Program-made: the position numbers and the translations under genes | From: Octopus sinensis | Taxonomy: Eukaryota | NCBI RefSeq assembly: GCF_006345805.1 | Contig: NW_021826755.1 | Location: 1 to 11,903, forward strand | Direction: 5' to 3' | DNA length: 11,903 nt | Part shown: positions 1 through 9,420 of the stretch, piece by piece | How positions within the stretch are numbered: the first letter of the stretch is position 1 | Layout: every line of letters starts with the position of its first letter | The notes under the pieces: model-generated | The model's input: the letters and a program-made list of their open reading frames with translations, nothing else | Databases searched by the model: none | What the model was told of the DNA's origin: nothing

Positions 1-111
1 GTACTGGGCTTACAAAAGAATAAGTCCGGGGTCGAGTTGCTCGATTAAAGGCGGTGCTCCAGCATGGCCGCAGTCAAATGACTGAAACAAGTAAAAGAGT
101 AAAAGAGTATA
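1..111 (+). mobile_element. SINE family 1, 3' end (cut by window edge)
   Basis: Homologous to the 3' parts of the copies at 6074-6468 and 8057-8472. It differs at 5 positions from the reverse complement of 11345-11455 and ends in a GTAAAAGA-repeat tail. Confidence 0.9.
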
Positions 112-1886
112 CATTTTAACGACAAAATCTTTTATGAACCCCTAAGGGAACCTGGTTGAGAAGCTCTCAACAAATGACTCAATCTGTTAATGTCATATTT
201 TCTTGATTTTATCACAGATACTTCCAGAGGGCGATGTTTGCTTTCTTTCAGATGGTAGGGTGTAATTTGATGGAGATTGCCTGCTTTTCAAAAGCAGGTC
301 CTGCGACTGTACAGAGCCTCTCTTGTAGCCTGGTAGAATATAGTTCTTATTCACGAAACTATTGCGCACCATTTATTAGTTAGTTGTTATGACAATATCG
401 CGTACAAGGAAGTCCTGACCATTGATGGCCCCAAGTCTTGAGTTTGTTGCTCTTCTTAAACATAGTTTACGTTAATTTTATTGTTCACCTTGATTCTTTG
501 AATCAAAGCATACACTGTTAACGTTTACTATTCGGAAACTAAGAGAACAGCAGCTGACGAAGCCAGTTTTAATTAACCAGGCGCAGAGAGTAAACAAATT
601 TCAAGACTCGAAATAAATTATGAAATATCAATCTGAACAGAAACAGACTAGCAGAGACAACACAGAGATTGCATTGAAACGACACATTTCTGAATTGAAA
701 TCTGAAAGCCTCATATATAGAAATGAACGACTCTGCTTCACCTCAACTCAAACATTTTTTTTTTAATTTAAAGAAGACCCGCCTAACCACATCTACTTCT
801 TCATAGCAGTTCTCAACTTCACCGATTTCTCTCACTACACAAGATTAAACTCACCATAGCTTGGAACATATTCGTGAGTTCAAAACATCAAGTACCCGGA
901 GTTAACTACACAGATATTTCACTACTTACAGCAGTGAATTGAATTTCGTTGTGATACCAATTTGCAGTGGAGTGGACTCTTGTGATGGCTAAATCAAATG
1001 TCTCGACTATAGTCATATGGTGATGTGACATAAACCAAAGACCTTTCTCTTGAAAGTTCAACATTTTATTAACTCTGTGACCAGCTGTGACTCTCACATT
1101 AATTTGTTTGGAATCTTTGGGATCTTTGGCATAAATCTGCGATAACAAACCGAATTCTATCCATGCAAAGAACACATTCAGAAGAAAGTTATTTCAGTAG
1201 TTCCGCTTTCACTTGAAATTTTCTAAATTTTTTTCTTGCTACACGTTGTTTTAATTCACATCGGTCGTTTTAACAGTTTCGACTTCACACACATTAACGA
1301 TGTCAGCGAATGAAACACATCGTAGGTTTCTCTCTCTCTATAACTTCTACCAAACGGTACCGTAATCCACATTCCAGAGTCTTCCACCCAACAGGCACTT
1401 CTTCCTTTTGACCTACTGTCACAATTCATATATTCTCACTCCTACCATCATTAACCCTTATATCGCTATATCAATATCATAACTCACAACATCGAAACAT
1501 ATTGACCCCCACCCATAAAATACTACGTGAAACTGTCCCCTCAATTGCCAAATAAAACATGACTTTATGTTAATCGAAATCTTTGCTCTAAACTTCTCTA
1601 CGATGATTTGTACCGAGATCAAGACCACTCATAATCTATAAATAAGAGATTGTATTCCTCACTTCCAGGCTAATGTTTTTGGTTGATCGGTTTGTATAGC
1701 ACTCGGCCGAAATATTCCAAATTTAAAGACGAGGAGATGATTCCATTGAAATCTTTCTGTCCGTGGCAGTTCTTTCTTACGCAATCCCTTTTGGAGAAGC
1801 ACACAGGAGGAACCTGTTTATGTTAAATAATATTGTTATTGGAGATTATTAGAAGAAGCAAACAAGCAATTATGTATGGCACTTAC

Positions 1887-2152
1887 CTCGTTTAAAGACA
1901 GGACTAAATTCTGGATTTTTATTTTTAGTCTCCAAAGTGGAACAATTCCATCGATGTGTTTTCAACTGGTGTTGGCATTCATGGACGGCGACTTGGACGC
2001 CTTGTATGGCCGAAGCTGTGACATCGGGGTATAACTTACAGAGTTCTAGTTGGGCTGTTGATAGATACGGGTAGTTCATGCAGACAGTGTTCGTATCGAG
2101 ATTTGGTGGATCAGTGGCTAAGTGAAGGCGTAGAATATCGTTACTTAAATGC
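1887..2152 (-). CDS. wnt10: Wnt10 internal coding exon (equivalent to vertebrate WNT10A exon 2), 266 nt, phase 2 to phase 1
   Basis: Extending ORF 1870-2079 upstream in frame gives (R)HLSNDILRLHLATDPPNLDTNTVCMNYPYLSTAQLELCKLYPDVTASAIQGVQVAVHECQHQLKTHRWNCSTLETKNKNPEFSPVFKR(G). This matches recalled WNT10A motifs NDIL, [25 protein letters not shown] and RWNCSSLETRNK. Donor is GAG|GTAAGT at 1887/1886. Acceptor ACAG|G at 2153/2152; an in-frame TGA just upstream forces a splice here. An alternative same-phase acceptor TAAG|T lies 9 nt downstream. Both intron phases match the recalled WNT10A structure. Confidence 0.92.
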
Positions 2153-3101
2153 CTGTTTCACCCCCACCATATCCCCAGTGCAAAGATATAAAGATAGACA
2201 TGCGTTTATATATTCGTTTACATTCGTGTGTAAACACACACATATATTCATATATAGTGGATGTGTTTATGCGTAAAGATATGTGTGCAAGTGTGAGCAT
2301 GCGTGATATATTCGTAGGTAAGATATGCGATTGCAGTTATGCATTTTCAATTTTACAAATATGTTTGTGGTATAAAATGTTATAGGCGTGTAAATGTTTA
2401 TAAGAATAATTCGGAGAATTTGGTACATTCAATGTTGGCATTATTTATGAATGTAAAACGCAGAATATTTTGATGTTGTTGTGGACATGAAAGATAGCAT
2501 TTCAGAATAAGAAATTGTTTCATTCCAAGAATTTATAACAGTTCCATGTAGATCATCGTGACCAAGAGTTCCAGTGTGGGTAATTTTTGAATCACGCGGA
2601 AGTTGGTATAGAATTTCAGTTGATTTAAGACCAAATGTAAATGTTGATATTCCGTCATCAACAAACAGTTGTCAGTGTATTGCCGTGTGGGAAATATGAA
2701 AATAAAATGAAAAACCAGTAATAAAATGAGAAAGCAGAAAATAAAGAAAACGTTTTAAAAAGGAATAAATGTATATATAATATATATATATATTATATGA
2801 GTGTGTGTGTGTGGGGGGGTATAAGTGTTTAAGGAACACAGAAGGGGAGAGAGAAATAGTATACATATATATATCGCTAAGATAAATATTTGAATTACCT
2901 GAAGATTGACTGTAACCATAACTCGAATTATTACGAATTGGACAGCCATGAAACGATCGTAGTGTTTTACACATTATCTTTTATTAAACTTTTAATACTT
3001 TTAATATATATTTAAAATAATATAAATTAAATTAATTTTATGTATTGGCTTAAGTTTTTCATTGTTTGATTTGCCTAATAGTGGGTTTTATCTCTAATTT
3101 A

Positions 3102-3177
<76 letters not shown>
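3102..3177. repeat. (TA)n microsatellite
   Basis: Direct inspection. Confidence 0.95.
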
Positions 3178-3230
3178 GTATATGTGTGTGTTTATATATG
3201 TATGTGTATATATATATACATATGAATATG

Positions 3231-3285
3231 TATTATTATTATTATTATTATTATTATCATCATTATTATTATTGTTGTTGTTGTT
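3231..3285. repeat. (TAT)n/(CAT)n/(TGT)n microsatellite; tail or target of the RLE fragment
   Basis: Direct inspection. Confidence 0.95.
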
Positions 3286-3641
3286 TTACTTCTCAGAATG
3301 TTCGGTCTTGTTTATTCTGGTAGATTCTGTGAGAGCGGACAGGCAACCTGCTGCCAGAGATATCACAGGGCCTTTTTCCGCACATCATGAGCTTTGATAC
3401 TCGGTTGTTAATTATCGTGAGAGATATTCAACATCCAAGTTCCAATCTCAAAATCCTAGCTGTCCTCAGCAGAGCAGTTTTGGGGGCTTGCTCTGCTCTC
3501 GTGTCAATTCCTATTTCTCTTACATATTTCTCGAACTTGGTTATTAGTGCTCCGAGTGACCCTGCAACTACTGGTATGATAGACACTCTCCTCATAGTCC
3601 ACATTTTTGCAATTTCATCTTTTAATAGTCTTTACTTTTCC
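3286..3641 (-). mobile_element. 5'-truncated non-LTR retrotransposon fragment, R4/Dong-like RLE clade (ORF C-terminus plus 3' UTR)
   Basis: Manual translation of 3640-3428 gives EK*RLLKDEIAKMWTMRRVSIIPVVAGSLGALITKFEKYVREIGIDTRAEQAPKTALLRTARILRLELGC*. This fits the recalled RLE C-terminal pattern KY.DL..EI..MW...V.PVV.G.LG...QKTALLGTARILR, with the Tyr of KY mutated to TAA. It is followed by ~140 nt of 3' UTR and an (AAC)n(AAT)n tail. Confidence 0.85.
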
Positions 3642-3846
<205 letters not shown>

Positions 3847-3908
3847 GGTTTTAGCTAGAGGCCCTGCTGATGCTCCCATATACATATAAGTAAATATCTA
3901 ATTGGTGA

Positions 3909-4210
3909 AGACGCTTAGCCTATCGGTTAGAATGTTGAACTGAGGAACGGTTGCGAATTCAGTCGCTGGAAGAGGCAGTATGCTGTGTCGGCAAGATACT
4001 CCTCTTTGCGTCGCGTCAGTTTATTCAGACAGAATTTATATCAGCCTAATGCTGGTACAGTTCTCTTTCTTTGTAGCTGTCACATCTTCGACGTTCCACA
4101 ATTTCAGGAGAAGTGGGAGGGCCGGCATTGTGTCTGTATCTGCTCGTGACAGCATAGGTAGCTAAAACAATCAACGAAAGCCCAGGTACCGGGCTTATAG
4201 AAAGAAAAAA
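3909..4210 (+). mobile_element. Possible old tRNA-derived SINE
   Basis: A-box-like TAGCCTATCGGTTAG, B-box-like GGTTGCGAATTC and an A-rich end near 4200-4210; highly degenerate. Confidence 0.4.
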
Positions 4211-4421
4211 GGAGTTCGTTTCACCACGTATTTGTCAATTTATGATTTATCTATGTGTGATATGATATAATTGTCCATTTAATGATTTGTCACAGTACCA
4301 TGGCATATTTGTTTATGATTTGACTGTCTATGATTTGTCAGGTCACACGTTATCTGTATATGATCTCTTAGTTGTGTGAATTGTCAAGTCATTAATTTGT
4401 CAACTTATGATTATTTATGGT

Positions 4422-4547
4422 CATTTGACGACTTGTCACTTACAGTCTTTCACATAAGTCTTTCACATTTGACGACTTGTCACTTACAGTCTTACACATA
4501 AGTCTTTCACATTTGACGACTTGTCACTTACAGTCTTACACATAAGT
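4422..4547. repeat. 44-bp minisatellite, ~2.9 copies
   Basis: Unit CATTTGACGACTTGTCACTTACAGTCTTWCACATAAGTCTTTCA starts at 4422, 4466 and 4510 (last copy partial). Confidence 0.95.
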
Positions 4548-4659
4548 ATTAACAACGTTATTTATATTTACAATTCATTAACGTCATTATAGCTATTGTA
4601 TACTGTAATACTCTACCAGAAACAGAGTTTAATGAGGCTGACTTTGCTGTAAAAAATAC

Positions 4660-4740
4660 CAGTGGAATTCTCTCGAAAATAAATCGAATGACCACAATCT
4701 CTTAATTTTTAACAAAGTTGAAATCAGTATCAGAAGCATG
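4660..4740 (-). other. Candidate 81-nt Wnt10 upstream exon (MLLILISTLLKIKRLWSFDLFSREFH-W)
   Basis: Acceptor TTTTGTATTTTGAAACATTTTAG|C, ATG at 4739-4737, hydrophobic start, and a phase-2 donor CTG|GTATTT at 4660/4659 that joins in frame to the 2152 exon. The donor is weak and there is no homology support. Confidence 0.3.
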
Positions 4741-4876
4741 CTAAAATGTTTCAAAATACAAAATCGACGTTCTTGGCCTAATTTTTGGCCAAATACTTCT
4801 TGCGTAAATCGCCGTAAATCTAGCAGTTGGTGCCGTCGACGGAATTCAAACTCATTGCCAGAAGTTCCACAGAAAT

Positions 4877-4914
4877 CCAATAATGGAATTCTTGGTTTGG
4901 TGACGTTTGATTGG
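4877..4914 (-). promoter_or_regulatory. Candidate promoter motifs: NF-Y-type CCAAT boxes and CRE-like TGACGT
   Basis: CCAAT at 4877-4881, TGACGT at 4901-4906 and TGATTGGTC (GACCAATCA on minus) at 4908-4916, all upstream of the 4740 exon candidate. Motif match only. Confidence 0.3.
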
Positions 4915-5619
4915 TCCAGATTATAGTAGAAGTCAACATTTCCACACGCTTTGTAAACACCATCATTTCTCTCTCTCCCTCCATCCCTCTCTCTGTATCT
5001 GTCTGTCTGTCTCTCCCTGTCAATATATAGATATATACCTTTAGTAGGTGAAGTAATGTCAATGAGAATTACGTGTGGTGAATGCAGACAAGGAAAATGG
5101 CTGTGTAGGAAGGTGAGGAAAGAGAATTATAGAAGAAATGTCTATTTTTCTAGGGTCGGGGAAAGGTGTGGTAGAGAGAGTTAATCTGGTTTGATAGTGG
5201 TTGATTGTTAAAGGTTCAATCAGGCATGGAAATAAAGCATTGAACAGATGTATCATTTTCAAGTTACGATATATGTTTTCTTGTGACTAATGAAGATTCT
5301 TCGTAAATAAGGTTGTCATTTGTGTTTGGTTTAGGGTCCATGAAAGAACATTTATAATTCAATTCAATCTGTCACACAGTAGCGCCTGACAGGAGCCTGT
5401 AGATGATATTTGTGTTAGTAGCTTTCTTTTAACAAAATTTGAACTGGGTATTTCAGACAGGTTTGGATTAATAAGACCATGTTACAGTAAGATATTTATT
5501 AGGTTTAAATCCGCTTACACCCTATACAACCGAAGACAAATGTATGCAACTGCATTTTGTTAGGTATGCATCCAAATAAATGCGTAAGGATAAGGCAATT
5601 TCCATAGAGATGGACGTCT

Positions 5620-5951
5620 CTAGGCACATATAAAGATATACAAATATATAAATTTGCAAATGTACGCGTATCCACATACAAACATATATACATACGTGCA
5701 TACACATACATATGTATACATACACACCTGCACAATTATATCTATGTAGATGTGTATATGTATATATTTACTTACACACACACATACATATGCACACACA
5801 TACCTGTATACATACATATATGCATATACACATATCCAGGTATACAAATATACATGCATATCTAATTCACATATAGGCCAACACTTACACTTACAAACAT
5901 TTACACAGCCATGCATCCACCGAACCCTCTAACCTTTCACACGCATGCATT

Positions 5952-5985
<34 letters not shown>

Positions 5986-6065
5986 CTATGTACATGCATA
6001 TATCTATCTATAAATCCACCCATATATATAAAGGAATGTATACATACATAAATATATACGCTTAT
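5620..6065. repeat. Cryptic TA/CA low-complexity tract including (TC)n near 5953-5986
   Basis: Direct inspection. Confidence 0.85.
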
Positions 6066-6073
6066 ATATCCCA

Positions 6074-6468
6074 TTTACTCATTTACTTGTTTCAGTCATT
6101 TGACTGTGGCCATGGTGGAGCACCGCCTTTAGTCGAGGAAACCGACTCCAGGACTTATTCTTTGTAAGCCTAGTACTTATTCTATCGGTCTCTTTTGCCG
6201 AACCGCTAAGTTACGGAGACGTAAACACACCAGCATCGGTTGTCAAGCGATGTTGTGGGGGGGGGCAAACACAACACGCAAACATACACACATATATATA
6301 TACATATATACGACGGGCTTCTTTCCGTTTCCGTCTACCAAATCCACTCACAAGGCTTTGGTCGGCCCAAGGCTATATGTAGAACACTTGCCAAGGTGCC
6401 ACGCAGTGGGACTGAACCCGAACCATGTGGTTCGTAAGCAAGCTACTTACCACACACAGCCACGCATC
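6074..6468 (-). mobile_element. SINE family 1, near full length (tRNA head, CORE-like segment, internal TA/TG repeat)
   Basis: A-box-like TGGCTGTGTGTGG, B-box-like GGTTCAGTCCC and CORE-like ACCTTGGCAAGT; aligns end to end with 8057-8472. It resembles recalled octopus OR-type SINEs, but the exact family name is unverified. Confidence 0.9.
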
Positions 6469-6598
6469 ATCTAGATATATATATCCAATATATATCCCAC
6501 ACACACGACTAATATACATATATGTGTGGGGAGAGATAAGAGATAGAACTAGAGATGAGAGGAGAGGCAGAAGATATATATATATAGAGGCGTGTGTG

Positions 6599-6630
<32 letters not shown>

Positions 6631-6862
6631 AGAGAACGGAGAAAGATATACGCACATATATACACATTTACATATATGCATGTGCGAGTAAAGAATGGAT
6701 TTCCCAATTCTTTATGCTAGTAAGAACTTGTTTAAACATATCTACATTTTTTTAAAAGAAAACTCTTTAACCACATGAAAATATATAATAACGATTGTTT
6801 ACAGAGACAGAAGCTTAGAAATTTGAGAGTAGCGAGATGTTGATCATAGCCAGGCCAGGTTT

Positions 6863-6990
6863 AACCGGTTCCTATTTTATCGTATAGAAAGAGAAATATT
6901 AATCTAGATCTTAGCAGGATTCGATCCCAGAATCTAAAAGCACATTAATAAACGGTGCAAATTATGTTGTCTGTCGATCTGAGTGGGCAA
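6863..6990 (-). mobile_element. Degenerate SINE family 2 relic
   Basis: AACCGGTTCCTATTTTATCG...GCAGGATTCGATCCCAGAATCTAAAAG aligns loosely by eye with the reverse complement of the family 2 body and B box. Confidence 0.45.
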
Positions 6991-7054
6991 TATATAAATG
7001 AAGTTTGTGTTTTTTTAATGGTAGGAGAAGTAAAACGATCGGTGGTGGGTAGGG

Positions 7055-7178
7055 TACGTCACTGCCTGACACCAGCTAGTGAATAAACCTAATCGACCCC
7101 GAAAAGATTAAAGGCAAGCTACATTCACAAATGAGTTCCGTCATTATTTATGACGTCACTGATATTAAACCGGAAGTG
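7055..7178. promoter_or_regulatory. CRE plus ETS motif cluster
   Basis: TACGTCA at 7055-7061, full TGACGTCA at 7151-7158 and ACCGGAAGTG at 7169-7178. Motif match only. Confidence 0.3.
7092..7118 (-). mobile_element. Short SINE family 2 fragment
   Basis: ATCGACCCCGAAAAGATTAAAGGCAAG matches ATCGACCCCGAAAGG at 11887-11901. Confidence 0.45.
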
Positions 7179-7669
7179 AATGAGCTAATAAAGCCAGAAG
7201 TAAAGTAGGATGCGAAGCCAGAAGGATGGGTAAATGAAGCTTGAATGAATCACTAATACGAAAGAAAGTGTAATGAGAAAATGTGACCGAGAAGCAAGAA
7301 GAACGGGGCAACGGCGGATGATAAAAAAAAGGGAGGAAACAAACGAAGAGAGAAGAGATGGTGGAATAAATTGAAAAAGTAACACAATGATGAAGACAGA
7401 GAGAGAGAGGGGGGGATGGGGATGAAAGATACACAGAATGAGGGAGAAAAAGAAGAGAGAAAAATATAAGAAAAGAAGAAAGGTTCGTGTGTGGAAAGAG
7501 AGAAGAGACTGTTTAAATTGATAAAAGCGGGAGACAAGCAAGGGTTTGCTATTTTAATTCAATCAACGTTAATTAAGATAGCGAAGCATTATTAGAGATT
7601 TAACCTCATGGCAACATTCTGGACACCTGCTCTCTCTTTCCCTCTCTCTCCCCTTCTCTCCTTCCCTTT

Positions 7670-7691
7670 CTTTCGTTCTTTCTTTCTTTCT

Positions 7692-7771
<80 letters not shown>

Positions 7772-7851
7772 ATATATCTATATATATATATACATATATA
7801 CATATATATTGTTATTGTTATATTTCAGGATGGTCATTTTTATTTCTTACA

Positions 7852-7889
<38 letters not shown>

Positions 7890-7918
7890 AACACAAAACT
7901 ACACACATATATATATAT

Positions 7919-7960
<42 letters not shown>
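7670..7960. repeat. Compound (TTTC)n, (TC)n, (TA)n, (CA)n microsatellites
   Basis: Direct inspection. Confidence 0.95.
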
Positions 7961-7964
<4 letters not shown>

Positions 7965-8032
7965 GGTCCCGGGTTGAGTCGGGGTTAACCACAGTAAATA
8001 AGGTACTCAATATATAAAATAAATTAAAATAA
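7961..8032. repeat. Possible interspersed-repeat fragment between two (TA)n tracts
   Basis: GTCCCGGGTTGAGTCGGGGTTAACC...AAGGTACTCAATA resembles a recalled octopus repeat. It is single-copy in this window and unverified. Confidence 0.3.
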
Positions 8033-8056
8033 TATATATATATATATATATATATA

Positions 8057-8472
8057 GGCGCAGACGTAGCTGTAAGGTAAGAAACTTGCTTCCGCACCTC
8101 ATGGCTTCGGGTTCAAGTCCAACTGCATGCCACATTTGGCAAGTGTTTTCTACTATAGCCTCGGACTGACCAAAGCCTTGTGAATGGATTTGGTAGACAG
8201 AAACTGAAAGAAGCCTGTCGTGTGAATATATATGTACTTATATGTGTGTGTGTGTGTGTGGTGTGTTTGTGTCTGTGTTTGTTTCCCCCACTATCACTTG
8301 GCAACCGATGTTGCTATGCTTATCTCTTCGAAATCTTGCGGTTCGGCAAAAGAGGCCGATAGAATAAATGCTAGGCTTACAACGAATAAGTTCTGGGGTC
8401 GATTTGTTCGACTAAAGGTGGTGCTCCAGCATGGCCACAAATGACTGAAACGTGTAAAAGAATAAAAGAATA
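8057..8472 (+). mobile_element. SINE family 1, full length
   Basis: GGCGCAGACGTAGCTGTAAGG head, B-box GGTTCAAGTCC, internal (TG)n and GTAAAAGAATAAAAGAA tail; homologous to the other three copies. Confidence 0.9.
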
Positions 8473-8487
8473 TAATATATATATATA

Positions 8488-8546
<59 letters not shown>
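8473..8546. repeat. (TA)n microsatellite
   Basis: Direct inspection. Confidence 0.95.
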
Positions 8547-8552
<6 letters not shown>

Positions 8553-9233
8553 GTCAGATTGAATCTTGCTTGCAATGTTACTCAGCCAAACGGGTGCATA
8601 ATGGGGAAAATACTATGAATTAAGTTTACCCTGAAATGTTAATACGGACGAAACGAAGCAAGTTACGCGTAAATCGGTAAAGTGGTTTTCGAGATATTAG
8701 AGGTTTTAGGGGTATAAATACCCAAAACGGTGAATAATGGGAGAATGTCCCGAAAATAATCTTCATCCTGAAAAGGAAGAAAATCTTGTCTTATGAGGCA
8801 CAGTGAGTTGACAACGAAAATATACAACTTTTTTTACAGTAAATGTTTTTATTTTCGCTTTTGTTAAACACAATATTTTTAATCCTTTAGAAATATTTTT
8901 AAGCGAATGTGATTTCCTAAATGTTAGTTGTTTGTACAGTAAGTATTTATAATTTAACTTTCTTTGAACAGACAATATTTAAATGTTTTTGTAAATTATT
9001 TCTAAGTGAATACAGTTACAAATTTTTTGGCATATTTAAGGAATATTCTAAAGTGAAAATGATTTTAAAAATACGGTAAATATTTCGTAAAAGACTCATT
9101 CATAACCTCAGTGTGAAATAGTTTTATTCCATAGGTTCTTTTCGAGTGTATCCAACGGATCTCACTTCCAAAGATATTTCTAGCACGTCATGCCACCACG
9201 TAACATATATTTGCGATAAAGGACCCGAAATAC

Positions 9234-9349
9234 CTGTTACATGGTAGCGGGGCATGCAAGATATAACAGGCAGGTCTTTCCTTTTGTGAGGAAAGGAGCC
9301 GTTGACGCGTGATTTCGATGTCACAGTCGTTGAAAGCATGCGAAATAAC
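9234..9349 (-). other. Candidate 116-nt upstream exon (5' UTR or coding) of Wnt10
   Basis: Strong acceptor TTTGTTTCGTGTTGTTTTTTCTTTTCCAG|G at 9350/9349 and donor CAG|GTATTT at 9234/9233. The frame is open (VISHAFNDCD...APLPCN) and ends in phase 2, and the segment is GC-richer than its flanks. No homology support. Confidence 0.3.
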
Positions 9350-9420
9350 CTGGAAAAGAAAAAACAACACGAAACAAAGTTCCGTTGCTGTGAAACCCAG
9401 ATTTTTCCGTGTGTGTGTGA

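Noticed and set aside
130-157. Possible hAT-type terminal inverted repeat (CCTGGTTGAGAAGCTCT)
   Set aside because: Too short and degenerate; no partner end or target-site duplication found.
1-1860. Next Wnt10 exon (G-F-R-E-S/T-A-F motif)
   Set aside because: Not found on the minus strand; it presumably lies beyond position 1.
2899-2974. Strong minus-strand donor CAG|GTAATT with upstream ATGs (MAVQFVIIRVMVTVNLQ; MCKTL...) as Wnt10 exon 1
   Set aside because: Those ATG frames end in phase 0 and phase 1, but the Wnt exon needs phase 2, and the phase-2 frame has TAA TAA with no ATG after it. It could still be a non-coding exon.
3286-3300. AAGTAAAA shared between the RLE 3' end and the family-1 SINE tail
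   Set aside because: Only 8 nt of A-rich sequence; too weak to infer a LINE-SINE partnership.
4422-4547. Tandem units as a CRISPR-like array
   Set aside because: The units are contiguous with no unique spacers, the context is eukaryotic, and no cas genes are present.
5505-6691. Many 60-100-aa ORFs rich in Y/I/C/V/H/T
   Set aside because: These are translations of TA/CA/GA repeats and SINE sequence.
7165-7541. Hydrophobic minus-strand ORFs as a signal-peptide or membrane exon
   Set aside because: Leu/Phe/Ser richness follows from the GA-rich low-complexity tract, and I found no convincing phase-2 donor.
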